A DNA stretch of 64,000 nt from a virus: the IMG/VR virus record IMGVR_UViG_3300002092_001237, positions 1-64,000 of that record. One strand, given 5' to 3'. A program made the translations under genes and the position numbers. Below are positions 63,101-64,000 of the stretch, in pieces; position 1 is the stretch's first letter; each line of letters starts with the position of its first letter. The notes beneath the pieces are model-generated. The model was not told the DNA's origin and did no database searches. It saw only the letters and a list, made by a program, of their open reading frames with translations.

Positions 63101-64000
63101 CACTATACTAGTATTTGCGCTACTGTAAGCATCACCTAATTGTAGAACTGCTGTTCCAGTTGAATCAGTGAATGACACGATCTTATCGATCCTATATCGT
63201 AGCCCATTTACATAGAAAGCAGTTGGCGTACCTGGAACTCTATTAACTTTACCATTTAGTGGTCTAGCCTGTTTGAAAGTTAATCCTGATACTGTTATCT
63301 GTGTTACTGGAGTTCCCTGTGTTAAAGCAGTAGTTATGGTTACTGGTATTCTGCCACTATAACCATCGACTAATGCACCGCCACGGAACGCTTTGGCGTT
63401 AACGGATGCAGAAATACTTGAACAGTTTTGTATGTATGGCGACTTAGTTAATATCTGTCCTTCCGGATCTAATACTGTTGCGAATCCACCATGTCCTTGT
63501 ATAGTAAAATCTTTTAACCCCGTTGCATCGTTCATTAGGAACATATCAATGTCTTTGTTGTTCCTCGGCGGGTTGAATGTAGCACTGTTTGATAACGAAT
63601 AAGAAACTATATCAACTAACGCATTCGCAACAGTTACACCATCGGGGACAGTTGGTAGATTTGATTCTGCTATATATGCTACTGCACTATTTTGTGAGAC
63701 ACTATCGGTATTCAATTTAAAAGGAGTAGTAGTATATGTATCTAAAATCGTATGTGATAAAATATTAGGTATGAGTTGTTTTAAGTAATCAAGCCCTGCC
63801 TTACAGACGGTTCTGTAACCACTTGAGTTAGTATACACAGTAGTGTTATAGAATCTGTAAGCAGCATTAACTACACCAGCAGTATCACCTTTAATCAAAT
63901 CATCGCAGATAGCACTTATGACTAATCCAACATCTCTCTGTGATTTAGTTTTATCAAACGTATTGCTGAGACTATTTGTTGCCGCATAGTTTAGCATATA
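57152..64000 (-). CDS. Giant tail fibre/spike protein (more than 2281 aa, probably 5'-truncated) with a pectin-lyase-like beta-helix and a C-terminal autocleaving chaperone-like domain
   Basis: Frame is open to the window edge; 'SPYIQNCSS...GGALVDG...FTQ' beta-helix region; two 'DA..K.YVD' motifs; C-terminal 'ADLAENY...PAHLMN...VALQGRVPCKV' (Peptidase_G2-like). Confidence 0.8.
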   Translation of the reverse strand, partial: YMLNYAATNSLSNTFDKTKSQRDVGLVISAICDDLIKGDTAGVVNAAYRFYNTTVYTNSSGYRTVCKAGLDYLKQLIPNILSHTILDTYTTTPFKLNTDSVSQNSAVAYIAESNLPTVPDGVTVANALVDIVSYSLSNSATFNPPRNNKDIDMFLMNDATGLKDFTIQGHGGFATVLDPEGQILTKSPYIQNCSSISASVNAKAFRGGALVDGYSGRIPVTITTALTQGTPVTQITVSGLTFKQARPLNGKVNRVPGTPTAFYVNGLRYRIDKIVSFTDSTGTAVLQLGDAYSSANTSIVLETAGNKSMLATHFTQVNDIAYGIMVTNNALMELVSVFTYYCHTAYYSINGGQIRAVSGSNSNGFFGLKAEGSDPGEVPRYVTLADNLTQYARIYKKGSVYNGASYNAASGSLMTIVGYDYVPYSITEIQVYHPVAGKTTYTINNITPVVNSASISMIAKGGAGVGSITCTTQHGFSTSPNGGTPQVTNVTGSSGSYTITLVSAVNNFTSPTVVAPNYNIYQGQIVAGTNIGLTTSFTGTIASGTLTTLTTTGYQTLVPGQLINNGLLLTGSGVTYNIRVVAVATPGATFTGSISGTTLTIQSVTSGTVAVGQTLSGTGITGIVSISSGSALSWVIKNPNNISVTGIVITSSGNSWTVTNPNNLTFTSATLTAQLFPTVVSVKENTVTLSAPNSGAVSGTVTFYDTVTISGVPSSVTLSNGLPANSADFNGTFPVLNSGPSYSGTSGTGVALASPGLAVTSFTGTIAAATPTLLTVTGNPTYGAIAPGMVLIWTGGTNAAYTDNVIVNSLASTTSTGGVTTTTWNITNNSSKNSVTAVTMTGNTIGTTGQSSFQITTTAGTAYTAIPLASISGNSNLNKIYYIANLGSVVLTSAQWWSIGVSTGVATPAIGTSFIYNGISTTGLGTGVTVYESPLQVGQTVTFSTTPNPITSTATTYVSSILVSSGPNLTPLTMNSPTFTTTTAVVTISTNLVNPVTATGTFTFGVPTAGTIFGIPASIGIISGATLSTPATATLNTKIAKISLGTGIDGASTKFTENMNDGDFVVLRTTEIFKFYGNFVGLTSRPSTALDFTYDGISNNYRTVALSSNYYNNSRNPGDAGYGTTEALNENPTLVCTFSGYISGFTLNVVGSPSYGSLSAGLILSGTGINGSVITVSSTNASTWVITNSNNVSVGNVSVPVTINAYQGGTSLITIDSNYSYVTATVTNTAAIGGATTIRINELTDIDKSRIVGMEFGWVDQNVTPKGYTRTITAYTATSPGSYATLTLNSALPTNTIIPTGVSISAGIKSYGSSTISSSISGTGAVNTIVMASNSTFSYNGTYTRYVRIDSEIFSFTGISSTTTLTGVNRAQLGTVAAVHSTNAVVQEISGLLTANISTNRVTSHDFLNIGTGGYNTSNYPNSINGVPYEAKVDNNNAVDSVGSNTKAEVQEKNRGRVFFAATNQDGFFRVGRFFTVDQGTGTVSFSASIVLSGLTGLGFKSGVFITQFLNDATMPDIGDAVPTMSSVREYVNRRLGVDLNGTVSTSPIGSGFLPLQPGAGVTMKGTLDMGTNKIANVVAPSSGTDAANKSYVDQFLKLTGGTRYEIDLFVMGSTSQIAIATFARTGTTATIVTSQPNALSVGSIITISGLTDTSFNTTTTVTGIVSLSSFTYTTVSSTTVTSTPGGAGVVTVPDSIGMNSNKITNVGTPTDTADASTKGYVDTKANVAQLGDVLYTTPTGPTGSDMMVYSGTKWVNTRTAGDVVGALSATGPTGNILTYTIQSGAVVDSKVSATAAIDHTKLSIDNANASYGETITITGISGNGTTVTVTFSSPLQLDGLTPITGYTFPVGSRIVIAGVTGITGYNGTYIVSGATTNSAGSSTITYSSIISGVATLTTATIRSLRGAVSLDANQFTVSTGFASIKSNSLKLDRLLAISGNTVVGNSTAGAATPTAINFTAVVDGALAAAYSIPNSSVGTGVLTRLGSGQFGTITYSSTVISAQNLVSRDSSGNSTFGTVTAGAITSGGSITAGSITSGGSITAGSITSGGSITAGNLRISSIFGTTPAGVDAGEVFTWANSTINSNFTFSGGDNRVLSIGLNSNNHAYIRNYKGIDINSCDLYTLNILPLANATYNLGSSGLNWNLIYGTATQARYADLAENYVADQKYEPGTVLMIGGEQEVTLAKGQGTTKVAGVISEHPAHLMNSALEAEFVATVALQGRVPCKVIGKVSKGDMMVVSMVPGVAMASEDPRAGSIIGKALADYDGDRVSVIEVLVGKH
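57833..57943. repeat. 33-nt tandem repeat, about 3.3 copies (SITSGGSITAG)
   Basis: 'acctgctgttatactaccaccagaagttatag' repeated exactly at 57833, 57866 and 57899; partial copy at 57932. Confidence 0.9.

Overview
A 64-kb, AT-rich, gene-dense segment of a large tailed dsDNA phage (jumbo or T4-related myovirus-like; lineage is inference). It uses the standard genetic code, and every credible gene except phoH is on the minus strand. From left to right: (1-18.8 kb) giant virion fibre and adhesin genes, including two paralogous proteins with about 16 He_PIG/Ig-like repeats plus collagen; the first is absent from the ORF track because it runs off the window. (18.9-28.8 kb) a cluster of probable capsid-packaged internal proteins with T4-IP-like N-terminal leaders, including a Pol-beta-type nucleotidyltransferase, an RNA-ligase-like/HxGH transferase fusion, an HExxH peptidase and a HAD nucleotidase; a signal-peptide NucA-type nuclease lies within it. 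(29.1-32.5 kb) a methyltransferase, PaaK-like adenylating enzyme and double-DUF2061 membrane protein cassette next to a papain-like protease. (32.5-41.2 kb) LamG and beta-propeller fibre genes. (41.3-51.7 kb) a chaperone and replication block: ClpA-like, DnaJ, GroES-like, PhoH, clamp loader, MazG-like, FlbD-like and a DnaE fragment. (51.7-64 kb) baseplate and tail genes. Regulation is unusually legible: about 16 T4-late-like (G)ATAAATA boxes, eight of them 4-5 nt from a start codon (probable leaderless mRNAs), three inside RBS-sequestering hairpins, one overlapping a terminator-like hairpin, and two sigma70-type promoters. No tRNA, rRNA, CRISPR array or integrase was seen. All family assignments come from motif recognition by eye; no database search was run.
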